A program made the position numbers and the translations under genes. Positions 27,801-40,929 of a stretch of DNA of 64,000 nucleotides are shown piece by piece (position 1 is the first letter of the stretch; each line of letters opens with the position of its first letter). The DNA comes from Trichoplax adhaerens (taxonomy: Eukaryota > Animalia > Placozoa), in assembly GCF_000150275.1 (NCBI RefSeq), contig NW_002060956.1, positions 1,548,280-1,612,279 of the forward strand, written 5' to 3'. The notes below the pieces were generated by a model. That model did no database searches and was not told the origin of the DNA. It was given only the letters and a program-made list of their open reading frames with translations.

Positions 27801-27830
27801 GTTGTTGGATCGAAAATTCAAAAAATTTAA
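24810..27830 (+). CDS. ZFAND5/6: A20/AN1 zinc-finger protein (ZFAND5/6 family), exons 24810-24966, 25607-25852, 27682-27830 (183 aa); possible extra 15-nt microexon 25416-25430
   Basis: A20 finger [22 protein letters not shown]; AN1 finger [14 protein letters not shown]|[21 protein letters not shown]; typical end [14 protein letters not shown]. Phase-1 GT-AG introns. ATG at 24810 (the ORF track used an upstream TTG). Confidence 0.95.
27284..27362. repeat. 79-nt near-perfect palindrome (hairpin) in ZFAND intron 2
   Basis: caagtccttaggatgcaattttattcatagtagt-gtttaataaat-actactatgaataaaattgcatcctaaggacttg: 34 perfect pairs, one G-T pair, then further pairs to the centre at 27323. Confidence 0.97.
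27361..27416. repeat. Second inverted repeat (17-bp stem, 22-nt loop) abutting the first
   Basis: tggaatatccctctatc (27361-27377) is the exact reverse complement of gatagagggatattcca (27400-27416). Confidence 0.95.
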
Positions 27831-29817
27831 GTAACTTACAGTAATTGGCTACTATTATACATTATGATTTAACCTTTTTATCTGACAAAAGATACAGTAC
27901 TGTACGGCTGTTGCGTTATCAATGACTGCTGTGAAAGCGCGAAGTTTGCTACTAGTCTATGGCGTTTTCCAATTTTAGCTCTTTAGATATGATTGCTTAA
28001 TTTCTGTTTTTGGTCTTACATCTTGCGTGATAACTAACCTGACTTCATTGACGAAATTTTAAGTATTTCTATTAGTACGGATGTATTGTGAAACATGTTG
28101 TGTCAAAATATTTTATATCGGTAAGATCGACACAACAATGTTACATGTAAGACAGTACAGTATTAGATACTCATTCGTGTAGGATCCACATCATCGTCAT
28201 CATATTATTTCACAGTAAATGTTTTTTCCACGATTGTATTTACGTTATTATATACATACTATGATTTATAATTTGAACGGGTACTGTAGTTAAATTGCTA
28301 TGTTATGGATGGCTCGAAATTGTATTCACATTGTTAAATATCAAGCGAAGTTGTATTCTAATGCAAATAAAATTGACTACGGTAATTTGACGGAAACATA
28401 TCGTATTTTTATCTACATACTCATAATGATCTCATGTGCTACAGTAACTAAATATAGTAAAGCTAGGATTTGCAGTAATATCAAATTTTATAAAATGAAC
28501 CCTTATAATAACGATTGCATGTGCAGTGAATTGCAATACCGAAAGTGGAAAGCGATCACTTACGGTGCTCATGGAATAAATTGCCAGTACGTCACTACAA
28601 ATGGACGTGCAAGCCTTAGATTGGATATCTTGTAAAGTTGCAGTCTCTAGAATCATAGAAATATCCAAAATTGAAATGACTCAAAGTGTAACACACTACT
28701 GGCAATGGTACCCTTTCCAATCATTCAATTTCATCTTGGTATATGCAAGTAGTGATGAGCCATCCAAATATACGCGTACATTTATTTAAATACTGTACAT
28801 ACATACCGGACAACGTAGATTAGCTTTATACAGTAGTGCTTTAACTCATACGATTTCCGAATGAAAACTTTTATAGCGTCCGTGTACAGAAAGTCCACGT
28901 TACTGCATGCTATTCAAGCATAATACGCACTCCAATATTATGCTAATATCAAACACAATATAGTAGTATGCTACATGTGGCTTTTCTTATTTTGATCAGT
29001 GGGGGTACGCGGCAGTCGTACTTGTCTACCAATCATTCGTGCGGATATAAGGTAGATGATAATGGAATGTAATACAGCCTGTCGTGAAAAAAGAAAACAG
29101 AGAGATACGTACGCCATTGGTCTCTTTACGGTACTGAGAAATGCAATAGTCTCGGGAAACACTAAAGGCGTGCTATTTTAGCGGATAAATAATAATAAAA
29201 GTATTACATACCTTGAATTCTTAGAAATACTAGCATTTAATTGCTTTATCTAGCTAAAATGTTATCGAGCCTTCATAAATTTTAGATTTCATAATTTTAC
29301 TCTAGCTATGTCAATTCGATACGGCTATAGTACGATAAACAATACAAGTATAAGTTAATCACATCATTTTGGATCGACAAAGAGCTTTTATTGTTTTAAA
29401 CGCAAACCTAAAAACAATCAGTGCTATTAAGAAACTGTTATACTACGTTAGTTAAATTTGCATTAGTATAACTTATGTATCTGAACAGCATATTTTAACT
29501 AACTAAATAAAACAGTTACAAAGACAGTTAAAATACATCTTTCCAGGTAATAATTAGGCCTAAAGTGTTACAATAAGATTATGTCGTATTAATGGCTACC
29601 ATACCAAGAAAGTAAAATGTAGAGCAATAGCAAACCGATAGATTAAAAAGCAAGACTGACGATACATATGTTAACTAAAATTTTAACGAAATTATCACTA
29701 CCTTAAATGTTTAAACAGAACTTTACATTTCTATCAATAAGCTTTAACGAATATTATATAAAACTAGCAAACAATCTACTAAAAGCGCGCAGTCTCAAAT
29801 CGCCTTAAGCGGTAAAA

Positions 29818-32800
29818 TTAGATATTTTTGTTTTTCGCAAGCCAGTCAGCAACATCTGCTTCATTCTTCTTCAACCAGTCGATGTTACTCTTGATATTTT
29901 CGAGGATGGTCTTCTTAGAGCTAGATATAGCGTTAGTATCTTTGGCTGTGTTGAAAAAGTTTTGAACCTGCGAGAACGTGAAAATAATAGAATGAATTGA
30001 TAGGATCGAAAAGTGTATATAAAATAATGTACTGCGTTTTACTTGTAAATGATAGCATCACATTGTTGTAATTATATCATTAGGCATGATTTCCAAGAAC
30101 GTAAAACTATTGCATACGACAATACCTCTTGCAGTTGATAGTCAGTTGCGAAAGCACTAGTCAAACTCTCGGCCGCGCGTGCTAGACCAAAGGTTACCTG
30201 GGAATATCTAATCATAGTCAAGAGATAGAATGTCAATAAAGTCCAGGAGCAAGATGGCATTCAGATTGGAATTCTATATTTACTAGCGACTTAATGGTAC
30301 CTGTCATATAGAGTGTTCCAATTGGCTTGAAAGAAACTCCATGCTAATTAAAACACAAGAGACAACAAACATCCTTTAATCTCAAATCGCTTTGCAATTA
30401 TTCTTAGGTTATGATCCACAAAGATAACTGTTGCATACTTTGCAAAGCAATACTCATTATATTCTAATATAAATGCGGATACAAATAGTAAGTCGCAATC
30501 CTACCGATAGGTCGACCCAAAGTAGTACCAGAGACGTAACGAATTACACTAAGAGTATCTTGAGAACGAACCAGAGAAGTATTCATTGAACGCTGGAGAT
30601 ATCTAGTAATTTATTTAACAGTGTATTAAGGGAATTCAAATCGCAACATATCTTAAACAGTGCTTATTAGCGTACAGTATTACGATGCATCCACAAACTT
30701 GTGTATAGTGTACGGGAAACTACTGTGTACCTGTTTAAGATCCATGGGGTACGAGAGAAGGCCAAAGCGTACATCAGTGCGGTCTTTTCTGAAGCAGATT
30801 CGGTTGTTAAGAATTTGTTCCAGGCAAAATCCCATTCTTTTAGACCACCAGCAGCAATACCAGCACGTAGGACACGAGTACGGATATTTGGATGGATACT
30901 GAATCAAGAGCATGACAAGAAATTGTTATTAATTATATCACAATCAATTATTAGGCATAGTGATATCCACTTGGTGAAAATATATTGTAATCATATTCCA
31001 CATCATTGTCGAAGCCAGTGTTAAAACTGCTGGTAGTAAGAAATACACATACAGTAGCATACCTTGTACCATTTACCATCCAGTTGTTATAGATTTTCTT
31101 TGCTGCTTGAATAGCAGTGTTATAGTTTAGACGAGTTACCCAAAGTAAAATGTCACTTCTAGCATATCTATTTGATCAATATTAATTTAATGAGGCGTTA
31201 GAGGGATAAGAGTTGATACATTGATATCACTATGGTAGAATGTAGAATATTATACCTGTCCAAGTGAGAACCGGTGTCAGTCCAGCCAAGGTCATTATAG
31301 CGACCACGGATTAGGTTAATCATGTACGTCTAACAGAAATAGTAATTTCTTTAATTTATGTTGAAAAGCTAATTTTATGCTTACTCATTGGCAAGATTTT
31401 AGCTAACCTTGAAGTCACCGTATGATGGTCTCATGCTGAGGATAGTATCAAAGTAACCAAGCGATCCCAAGGCAGTGGTCCATGGTACATATTCTTTTTC
31501 CTTAGATAAATACTTAGTCATACCGAGTGCCAAACTCTGTTTGATTGTACCACTCCTACAAATATACCAATATTATATTAGTAATAGTTTTATAAGCGCA
31601 TAATCCATTTTATTGCCATAACTGAAACATAAATACAGAAAAGTTCAATAGTTACATTTGTACGTATACTCATCTGTACCTAGCAAGCATAAATGCATCA
31701 TTGATCAAGCCGGCTCTATCACCACTCTTTAAAGTCTACATAAGGTAAAGGTAAAATTTTGTAAATAAATTCCGTAATAACAATAGATTGGTGCTATAAG
31801 TCGCATCCTTTAAGACAGATAAAGAACCTACGTTCACGTCGCTTTCTAAAGCAGCCTGCAATCTATTCCAATTGGTTTCTGGGTAGTTGACGATGTAGAA
31901 TCCATATTGTCCAACGTTAGCTTTCATCCAGCCATTTACGGGGTAATTGAAATTGACTGAGGTCTTATTCAGCCAAGCTGATATAGGTGTATTAGTATCT
32001 GCGCTTGTGATGTAGTTTAATGGAACGTACCATTTGTAACTACCAGAAAACCAACGAAGAGATAACATTACACTTTCAATTTATATTAAAAATCTCCTAA
32101 CAGCATGAATTAGCAGAGCTAGATATTCGATTTCGAAATTATTACCGTTTTCTTCACAAGAGCTTCCGTAAAGAAAGCCGAGGCGATCATATATATTAAC
32201 TTACCCATACGTAGAGAAGTCAGAGCCAGTACCAGTTGCAGCAGAATCATCAATCAAGAAGCGTTTTTGGGATGCAGTACCTTGAGCACCCTGGTTTGTG
32301 ATTGTGATAACTGGGAAGTTCTTTTGGCGTACCCATGGATCCATCACTTCAACCATATTAATTCTGTTATTGTTAGCCTATGATAATTTGACCCATTAGT
32401 ACAAGTGCTATACACTGGGTATAGAATAGAAAAATGCAGCAACGCCGCTATGGCTAAACTGATTATTACTATATCAATACATTTAAACCTACCTCGGATA
32501 AAGAGTTCCATAGTTGCATAGTGTTTGCGTTAGAATATTGATACTTTTTCAAATATGCCTAATGGTAAATGTTGAGTAACATAAAGTATTAATAAATGAA
32601 TGAAGAGATTATTACGCACGGATCTGTTACATACAATCAAACGTTATCGTTTAGACGATAATCGTAAGTATACACAGTACAATTGACGAACCCTATATCC
32701 ATTCTTGAAACCAGTATCCCCTAGGATAAACTCTACCATACGAACCGCTACAGCACCTTTACTATAAGTGATAGCATCGAACATTTGCTTAATAGCGGCT

Positions 32801-35800
32801 GGAGTATCTGATAAGGCGGAGATAGGTCGTGATGATATTAATGCATCTCTTGCCATGATTCGGAAGAAATCACCAGATAAGAACTGATCCATCTAATAAT
32901 ACAGTCAGAATATAGTATTAAAGAACTAATAGAAATATTATAAATAGGCAAATGCCAAGAATTAGTGCATGAGTTAAGATAACATCTTTAAGTATAACTG
33001 ATATGAAACATACTATTTTCCAGTCGGGATAAACAGCATGGACGCCTTGGTATTCCAAGTAGCTAGCAAAACCTTCGTTAAGCCATAAGTCGTCCCACCA
33101 GGCTAAGGTGACTAAATTACCAAACCACTGTATAACGAAATAAGTTTAATCAGCATATTTTAACATCTCAACTGTATCTGGATTATACTGGAGATTACAC
33201 GGCCTCTAATAACGGCTCTTCTGTACATGCAGATGCAACTTTTTATATAGATAGTTTCTGTACGCCAGCATGTCAAAAAATTTCAATATCGTATACGCCA
33301 CTTTATGTATATATATACAAACCTGATGAACAAGTTCATGAGAAATAACAACAGCGATTCGTTGTTTTTCGAAAATTGAGGATTTCAAAGGATCATACAA
33401 TAATAAAGTTTCACGGAATGTAATCAAACCCCAATTTTCCATAGCGCCGGAGTTAAAGTCGGGAATGGCAATCAAGTCTAGAAAATAACAGACGGTTTTA
33501 CTCTGAAGAAAATTCTGATAAATTCCGACAGTAGGTATAAACGATTGATAGTAATAGTTATCAACTAAATCTCATTGAATGGAACACTTACCAGATTTAG
33601 GCAAATCGTAGGGAAGTGCTGTTTGAGTATTGAAGTATTCCATTTGCGCCTTAGTTGTGTAAGTGGCAAAGCCAGTGTTGTTAAGTAGATGAGGTGGTGA
33701 ATAGATTCTGATCTGCAATAGGATTTGGTACATGGTTATAAGATGAAACCTGTAACAGGGTGCTATACTGTACAAAGTACTGAATGAAAGGTTTGAGCGA
33801 ATGTGTTGTATGTCCTTATTCACGCAATACTTTACTTACTTTAACACCGTTGTTTACTGTAGTTTCGTTGTATTTAAAATCACAAATGATAAAAGCCAAC
33901 AGATATGTGCTCATCTTTACGGTCTTTTGGTATTCCACTGCAGTATAGCCAGCCTGATATTGATAACTTCTGGCCTCTGGCATGTTTGATAAGGCTATGT
34001 ATCCTGTAGTAGGTCTCACCAGTGTTGTGGTAAATGTAGCTTTCAATGTTGGTTCGTCAAAGCATGGCAATGCCATACGAGCATCAAGTGGTTCGAAATC
34101 TGATGTGACCATGTTCCTAGGAAACAGGGCAATCACGATGGTAACCATTAGTATTAGAACAATGATTAGGAAAATCAAATCTAAATTCGATGTAATCCTT
34201 CTTAATAATATGATATAATAGGTAGTAGTATCTCAAGCTATCGGCTAATGTCTACCATTTACTAATCAAATTGAACAATCGTATAAATCACAATTACGTC
34301 ATTCATCATTAGTGTCCGCTACAAATTACGTCATGGGAAGGAATACCATCAATATATTACAGAGTAAAAAGTTAACTTGTTTTGAATACTGCATATCATA
34401 ATCTAAGTTAAGCTAATGCATAACTAATCATTGGATATGTTTCAGGCAGTTGGTTTCAGTTTAGCTGATGTGACTTTAGAAGTGCTGTATAAGTAAAAGC
34501 GAACCCCCTACTACAGTATATGCTACTATACAAGTATTGATTAAGCTCCGAAATATTTAGTCTATGTTGAATACTGCAACCCATAAAATGGTTAGTAATA
34601 CCACAGAATTCAATTTTTCAATCGAATTTACTAGTCATATATTAATAAGCATTATACCAGGATTTGCTATCAGTTTTAAAATCGGGTAAATACGTATCAC
34701 CAGAGGGTGCACGATTATTTTAGTTATTGAAAGGATTGTTACTGTATACCATATAATTTTCATATAATATTACGGATATAGATTCCACTGTGCAATATAC
34801 AGTATGAACCGTATCAGGTAATTTCTAGAGATGTTGCCATTTTGCACTCCTGTACAATTAATGGATTCAAATTGTAGCAGGTAATCTCTTTAAATCTGAT
34901 TTATACCCGAAGTATAGTAATCAAGGTTTCCGTATTGCATGTATAATTTTACACGGTTGGCATACTGATTATTATATCTTACGCTACTGGTATTTTTACT
35001 GTACTGTACACGTAGGGTTACGAATACTAGATTGAAGGATATTATTAGAATGCACAATGTAGCAATGACTACCATTACAAGAGAGAGACATCAATTGTTG
35101 AAAAGGAGCTGCCTAAGTTGGAATTGATTTAAATCGGAGCCCTTGTCTCTACATAGTGAACGAAATTTGCTTTTGGTAAAAGTATAGCTATTTTTTCTAG
35201 CATATTGTCGTAGTCGTATCGAAAATATGATAATGAATTGGTAAAATTGACCGATTTCATACAAAAGTTATAGAAGCAACAGGAAAATAGTTATCGAGAT
35301 AGCATAATATAATATCAATGCATGTTATATTATGGACTCGTCAAACTTTGAAGTTCTTGGAAGTCCCTAGTTTTACGGGGCTAATTGCATAAATATATAT
35401 GAAAGTTGTCATATCTTATTTGTCAACGAAAATTCGCTGATAAATTGATGGAATTGTCGAGTAAAAAATGAAACATTAAACTTAGGCCATATGGCGGCGC
35501 GGCTTCGGTCATTCAGTGCGTGGTACTAAACTTTTAATATTGAAAACCTGATTTATGGCATTCGTTACGATTTTTTCCCGTTAGTAAACAATAAATAAAT
35601 AACTAGTAGCCAAGAATAATTAATTGTATTGGCCGTACAATAGACACAGTGACACAGCAACAATGTCAAGGAAGAAGTCACACCAGATACAGATTTACTG
35701 GTAAAATTTACGATTGCATAATTGCATACTTCTTGAATTGTACTCTACAAGGTAGGAAATGCACTTGAATAGATTAGTATATCATGGAAATGGATTACAA

Positions 35801-38800
35801 GGCTCTAGCTAGAGCATTAGAGTCAATTTCATGATTACAGACTTGTATCTAATTAGTAGAAAAAGTATTCAGCCATCATATTAAGATAGCATCAGCAAGT
35901 AGGAAACTATTTCTTTACATATTGAAGCGTATTGGTTCAAGTTGTCATTTATGCTAATAATTATAACTGTTCCGTTGTGACTTACTACCAACTGTGTCAA
36001 CAAAAGTCAGGTGACTTTCAATGTTTGGTCAATATTAAACACACAAGGATCTAGGGTACTAAATTCAATGTGTATTGTTGAATAAAGCTGGCACAATTTA
36101 TTCCTAGAAGTGTGCACGGAAGTGTACAGTGTACATGCTGTACAGCACCGTAGGAAATGGGTAGAAATCAATTTTAGTGTCCATACAAGAGTATTTATTC
36201 CAAATTCAAGTGCGGCTCAAAGGATTAACTACCGTTATTGTATCAATGACTTTGGACAAAGTAGATCGAATTATCACTTTGCAGTTTTTGACTTTCTTGT
36301 GGATTGATTGAATAATTAACAATCCATTTAGAAGTATCGCATGCACTGAAGGACATTAGACTGAAAAATTGGAGATCAGTAGGTGACAACTGCCCAATGC
36401 GTTAAGATAATACAAATAATGGTCAAAAGTAGAACGGGTGTTTTTACAAGCTATTTACAGTCCTGTGACCATAATGGCGATCACAGGACTGTCTCTTTTA
36501 GATATCACAGATACAGTAAAGTGAAGTGTTCCATTGTCTATTCCATTTTGATTTCACTGTCTACTTTTGCATAAACTGCAGCCTATGATCTATTATTATA
36601 TGTCAACTTGTACAGTACTGTACATCATGATACAACTATCGTAGCGAAAGGATTGATGTAAATTAATTAATTATTGAATACGATTCATAGTATACAATAT
36701 CAATGACAACGCAATTGAATAAATTATAAATCATTCTTCTATACTGCATACTGTACAATATTATGATTATGAATTCAGATAACAAAGTCTATAGCCCGAA
36801 TGGCCTTCATTTTTAACACTGAGAATGAAAAGGTACTGATCATTCTCTAATTGCAGCTAGTGATAGCAGTGATGATCTATTGATCCTATTGCTGTATTTA
36901 TAGCATTCTCTCGACAAAATTATAGTGGAATTCATAAAGATTAGTACTGCCCAGTTGGTGCGAGTTCAAACAACCTGAAACTCGACTACTATTAACGTCC
37001 TATCGGCGTACTATGGCCTCACTACCATATGTTAACAGCTTTCTAAAACTGCAATACAGGCAGCAGTACTAGCGGGGCCCCATTGACGCGCATTCCGTTA
37101 TTGAAACTTAGGCGTGCGTTGCTTTTCAAGCTGTAACGTGCTTAGTTATAAATTAATGAATTTTTTCATATTAGTCACGTTAACAACAGCTCGCTTTTTA
37201 AAAATCGCAGAATCACACCCGAATTGAATTCATGTTAATTAATTGGAGGTTTTCAACCATTAATTAATTAATTAGCGTACAGTCGATTTTGTTGTTTGCT
37301 TCCATTGTGCTGGAATAATGCTGCAGGGTTTGAACCAGTGAGAATTGGACGAAAGGCGGCACGTGCCAATTACGGTACCATGACTGTAGCTCGGTACGAG
37401 GGGTATTATGGGCCGTAGCGCTGTATTGTACAGTACGGACGGTAATCAAGTGCAGTGAAGGAAAAAAAAAACTGTTAATTTATGATAGCAGTTGCTGGTA
37501 CAGATAGTCGTGTAGTGACTCGCTACCGTTGTCATTGGCGCTTGGACGTTCGGTCACATACTGTACAGTTACGATACTCTCATGGGGGGAAAGAAGGAAC
37601 ATCGGTCTGATATCGGTGTCGCCTGTTGCCGATACACTTTGTACAATAATCATGATTATATATACAGTATATGTCATATTATATAATTAATTATGATGTG
37701 ATGATATTGATGCCATTTGCTTATGGATTTACTTGACTAATGTGCTACAATTCGGGAAGGATATGCGATATTGTGATGATACTCTACGGACAGTTAGATA
37801 AATAGATAGTACGGCCTTGCATCACGTACGACTGGAACAAGTAGAAATCGAAGCGTTCGCAGCTGGTTGCCTGGCGCTGCAACTCTTTTAAGTCACTTTG
37901 AAAAATAATCGAGGTCAATTATCGCAAACTTGAGTCTTAATTAATTAACCAATTTGAACATCACTGAAGGATACAGCAAGTTCTATTGCTCTACAGACAG
38001 TAACGTGTACCGATTGTGCCTCATGAACGAGACCTGTCATCCCACACTACTGTATGGATTGCACGAAAATACTGTTTAGGACTACACTAATGAGATCGAG
38101 GGGATAATTTGATCCGCGCCCTGGAAATCAAGATACGTTGCGCTTTGTCTAGCAATTACAGTTGTAATCAAGACACAACCAAGAACTACTTTTTTATAGA
38201 CAGCACTTTGCATCGGTAAAGCGAAGCTAGTACTAGCTTGGCTGTAGTACTTCAACCTAAGAGGACAGTCATTATCGTTGTTTTTAGAAACGGTCAAGTT
38301 AGATATCACATTTCGTAAAATGCTAAAGTTCAAATCGTCCAGTATGCTTAGCCAGGGACTATTAAATAAATACTAGCATATCATATGCATGTATTACTCC
38401 AGGATCCGCCATAAAATAGTGAAAACCGATACATGTTGTATGTTATACATGACATTGTATTCACTGCACTATGCTGTATTGTCTATCCCCTCCAATGATA
38501 TTATTACTATACAAGCCGTCATATAGACTGTACGGCAACACCATTATTTCCTACAAGTATACAAAAAGTGTTACGACGCAAGTTCACCATAATTCTGAAG
38601 TTGACATATGCACAATTGTATACAGTCAAGTAGAATGTGTTGATGTAGTGCACTAAAATAATCCAAATGTTGGACTCGATGTAAAAAAGTGATGCAAGGA
38701 GCGTCAAACGCTTTTCTACAGTATATCGAACTTGCAGATCTGCCCTTGCATACAATAGAGCGTGCAAAAATATTGTTGATTTAAGCCGGATGCAAAATGC

Positions 38801-39637
38801 AGTTTTAGAATGTTCCACAGCCCCAAAAGACGTTAGCTTAAAATAATAACTTTTCTAGTTAGCAATCAATTTTTTTTAAGACAAGGCGCGCTTATGTCAA
38901 AGCCTTGACTGATGTGTTTCAAATCGTAACCACTAGCATTAACGCACAAGGAAAATCAGCAAGTATGTTGATCCGTGGAGAATACGAGAATTGATCGTAT
39001 CGCCATCATCAACACAGTACATGCCACTGTATCTGGTAAAAGCATGATGTAAATAAATTGCATACCTGGTGGTACCTTGTGGAGTTTTGTATGTACTCTT
39101 GTACAAACCGAACAAAACTTTAGGGAAGTTTCCATTAAAGTCATAGGTGACATTATATTGTTTTCCTGCTTCCAAATTTTCACCAACTTCGATAACGTAA
39201 AATTCGTTAGGCTTGTAGAAAAACGATTGCACAATTGACAGCTTTCTTGGGCTGCCGCCAATGGTGGAAACACTTTTATCAGTAATAGCCAAGTCACGTA
39301 TGTGGACTAAGATGTGTCGAGTAGCTTTGGTAACGTTGATGGTAATGGATACCTTTCCAGTAAAGGTGCTTCCATCCACAAGTGGAAATAGCATTAGATT
39401 GTAATGGTCTGGGACGACATCGGTTGGGAGTCTCAATGTCATCCAAGGTTTGCCATCCTGGACTGGTGGAGCATTTGTAGTTTGAATGTTATCCTGGCTG
39501 CCAGAATTTGCCGATAAACCAGCAATCAAACCGACGACAACCGCTAGCAAGCAAACGACAATCAAAAATATGAGTGCCCTGGATTTGCTAATAAAGTATT
39601 TATCTTCGTTCTCAGGTGTTCCGCTTCCTTGCGCCAT
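29818..39637 (-). CDS. Type II membrane M1 zinc aminopeptidase (aminopeptidase A/N-like), 18 exons: 39637-39066, 34116-33840, 33712-33592, 33477-33323, 33127-33014, 32892-32692, 32558-32493, 32377-32205, 32039-31832, 31735-31680, 31555-31408, 31329-31256, 31167-31063, 30898-30731, 30602-30505, 30343-30301, 30207-30126, 29967-29818; 936 aa
   Basis: N-terminal signal anchor [20 protein letters not shown]; [11 protein letters not shown]; [17 protein letters not shown]; KMSTYLLAF; GAMENWG; HELVHQWFGN...WLNEGFA (HEXXH-X18-E); FDAITYSKG. All phases are consistent (2811 nt). Orthology (ENPEP vs ANPEP) is unresolved. Confidence 0.95.
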
Positions 39638-39910
39638 ACTTGAAAACAGGTTACAACGTACTTGACTACAGTATAGTGAAAATCGACCGAGATGCCCACC
39701 CAATTATACGCTCACGGCACTACCGTCGATCTTTGCGGCATTAAATTTCTCCTTTGCTCCGATTGAGCCAATCATTGAGGTACCAACCGTAGCATGACCC
39801 ATACGGATGTCGCATCGACAGTCTACAGTATGCACGCTTAGTCTTGTCTACGCAAGTGTGTTAACCACGCATCGTGACCACTGTTTTTTTTTTTTTGTTT
39901 TTTTTTTCAG

Positions 39911-39973
39911 GTACAGTACGAGGACTCGATGAGTCGCGATCGCACGACGCCCCACCGTCCTCGTCTACTGTAC
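39911..39973. repeat. GC-rich hairpin with GTACAGTA/TACTGTAC ends, preceded by a T-tract (39884-39907)
   Basis: gtacagta-cgaggac ... gtcctcg-tc-tactgtac gives 15 pairs with a 2-nt bulge, plus internal mini-stems. Confidence 0.75.
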
Positions 39974-39978
39974 AAGTG

Positions 39979-40287
39979 TCCATGACCACTCTTAAGCACA
40001 TACACTGATTCATGATACATGATCCAGTAGCGTGTCTAGATTCTAGAAGAGTTATTTTTCATGGCTGAGAGTTGGTGCTGGCAGTTAAAACCATGCGAAA
40101 AAATGGAGATTCATATTTTCATTCAATAAAACGCTATCCATGACCACTCTTAAGCATATACACTGGTATATGATACATGATCCACTAGCGTGTCTACAAG
40201 AGCTATTTTTCTCCGCCGAGAGTTTCGTGATGGTAGTCAAAACCATGCGAAAAAATGGCGATTCATATTTTAATTAAATAAAACGCT
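39979..40287. repeat. Tandem duplication of a ~155-bp unit (39979-40136, 40137-40287) upstream of the aminopeptidase gene
   Basis: Both copies begin tccatgaccactcttaagca, contain tgatacatgatcca and aaaaccatgcgaaaaaatgg, and end aataaaacgct. Confidence 0.93.
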
Positions 40288-40929
40288 TTCAGTGGCGTCA
40301 CATCATCTGCATAACAAAAAAGCGTATAAAAATTCATGAGTGGACCCCTCCTCTTTAGCAGCTGCTTTTTTATCGATCACCACTTTGATTGGATATATCA
40401 CTCGGCTATCTGTATGTTTGGGTCAATGTGAATCGGATCGTTTAAGGATCGCGACAAAGGACGTCCATCATTAATGGATAAATTACAATAATTGTTTTTA
40501 TTACATGACATGATGCCAAGAGGAATAGCAAAGGTAGAGATGTCTTCGTCTGTACATTTTATGCGACTTGAGATCGTCATCAGCCTAGAATAATGAGTTT
40601 CGAGTCGAGTTTTTGGCGGGGGGTCATTCGAGTCTAGTAATAACAAGGTTGTAAAAAACGGATCTGTATTCATCTTACTACCGTCTATGGCTTTCTAATG
40701 ATTTACCCGCTCATGCGAACTGCTTACGCTTTCTTCAATAGGACAGCATCGCAGAACCTAGTCAAGAACGCTCGCGTTACTCAAAGGACACTTTGAGATA
40801 GGACAGTAGTACTATTTTATTGTAGATTTCAACCAACTGCTCTCGCTTTACTCAATCGACAGTATTGTGCTGTCAGAGATTTTTTTTCACAAGTTCCTGG
40901 TGCGATCAGTGTACAGTATACTGCATATA

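Noticed and set aside
28300-29162. ORFs of 62-111 aa between the ZFAND and aminopeptidase 3' ends
   Set aside because: Overlapping frames on both strands with no homology; likely 3'UTR or intergenic.
30660-31024. Plus-strand ORFs 30660-30902 and 30701-31024
   Set aside because: Antisense shadows of aminopeptidase exon 14.
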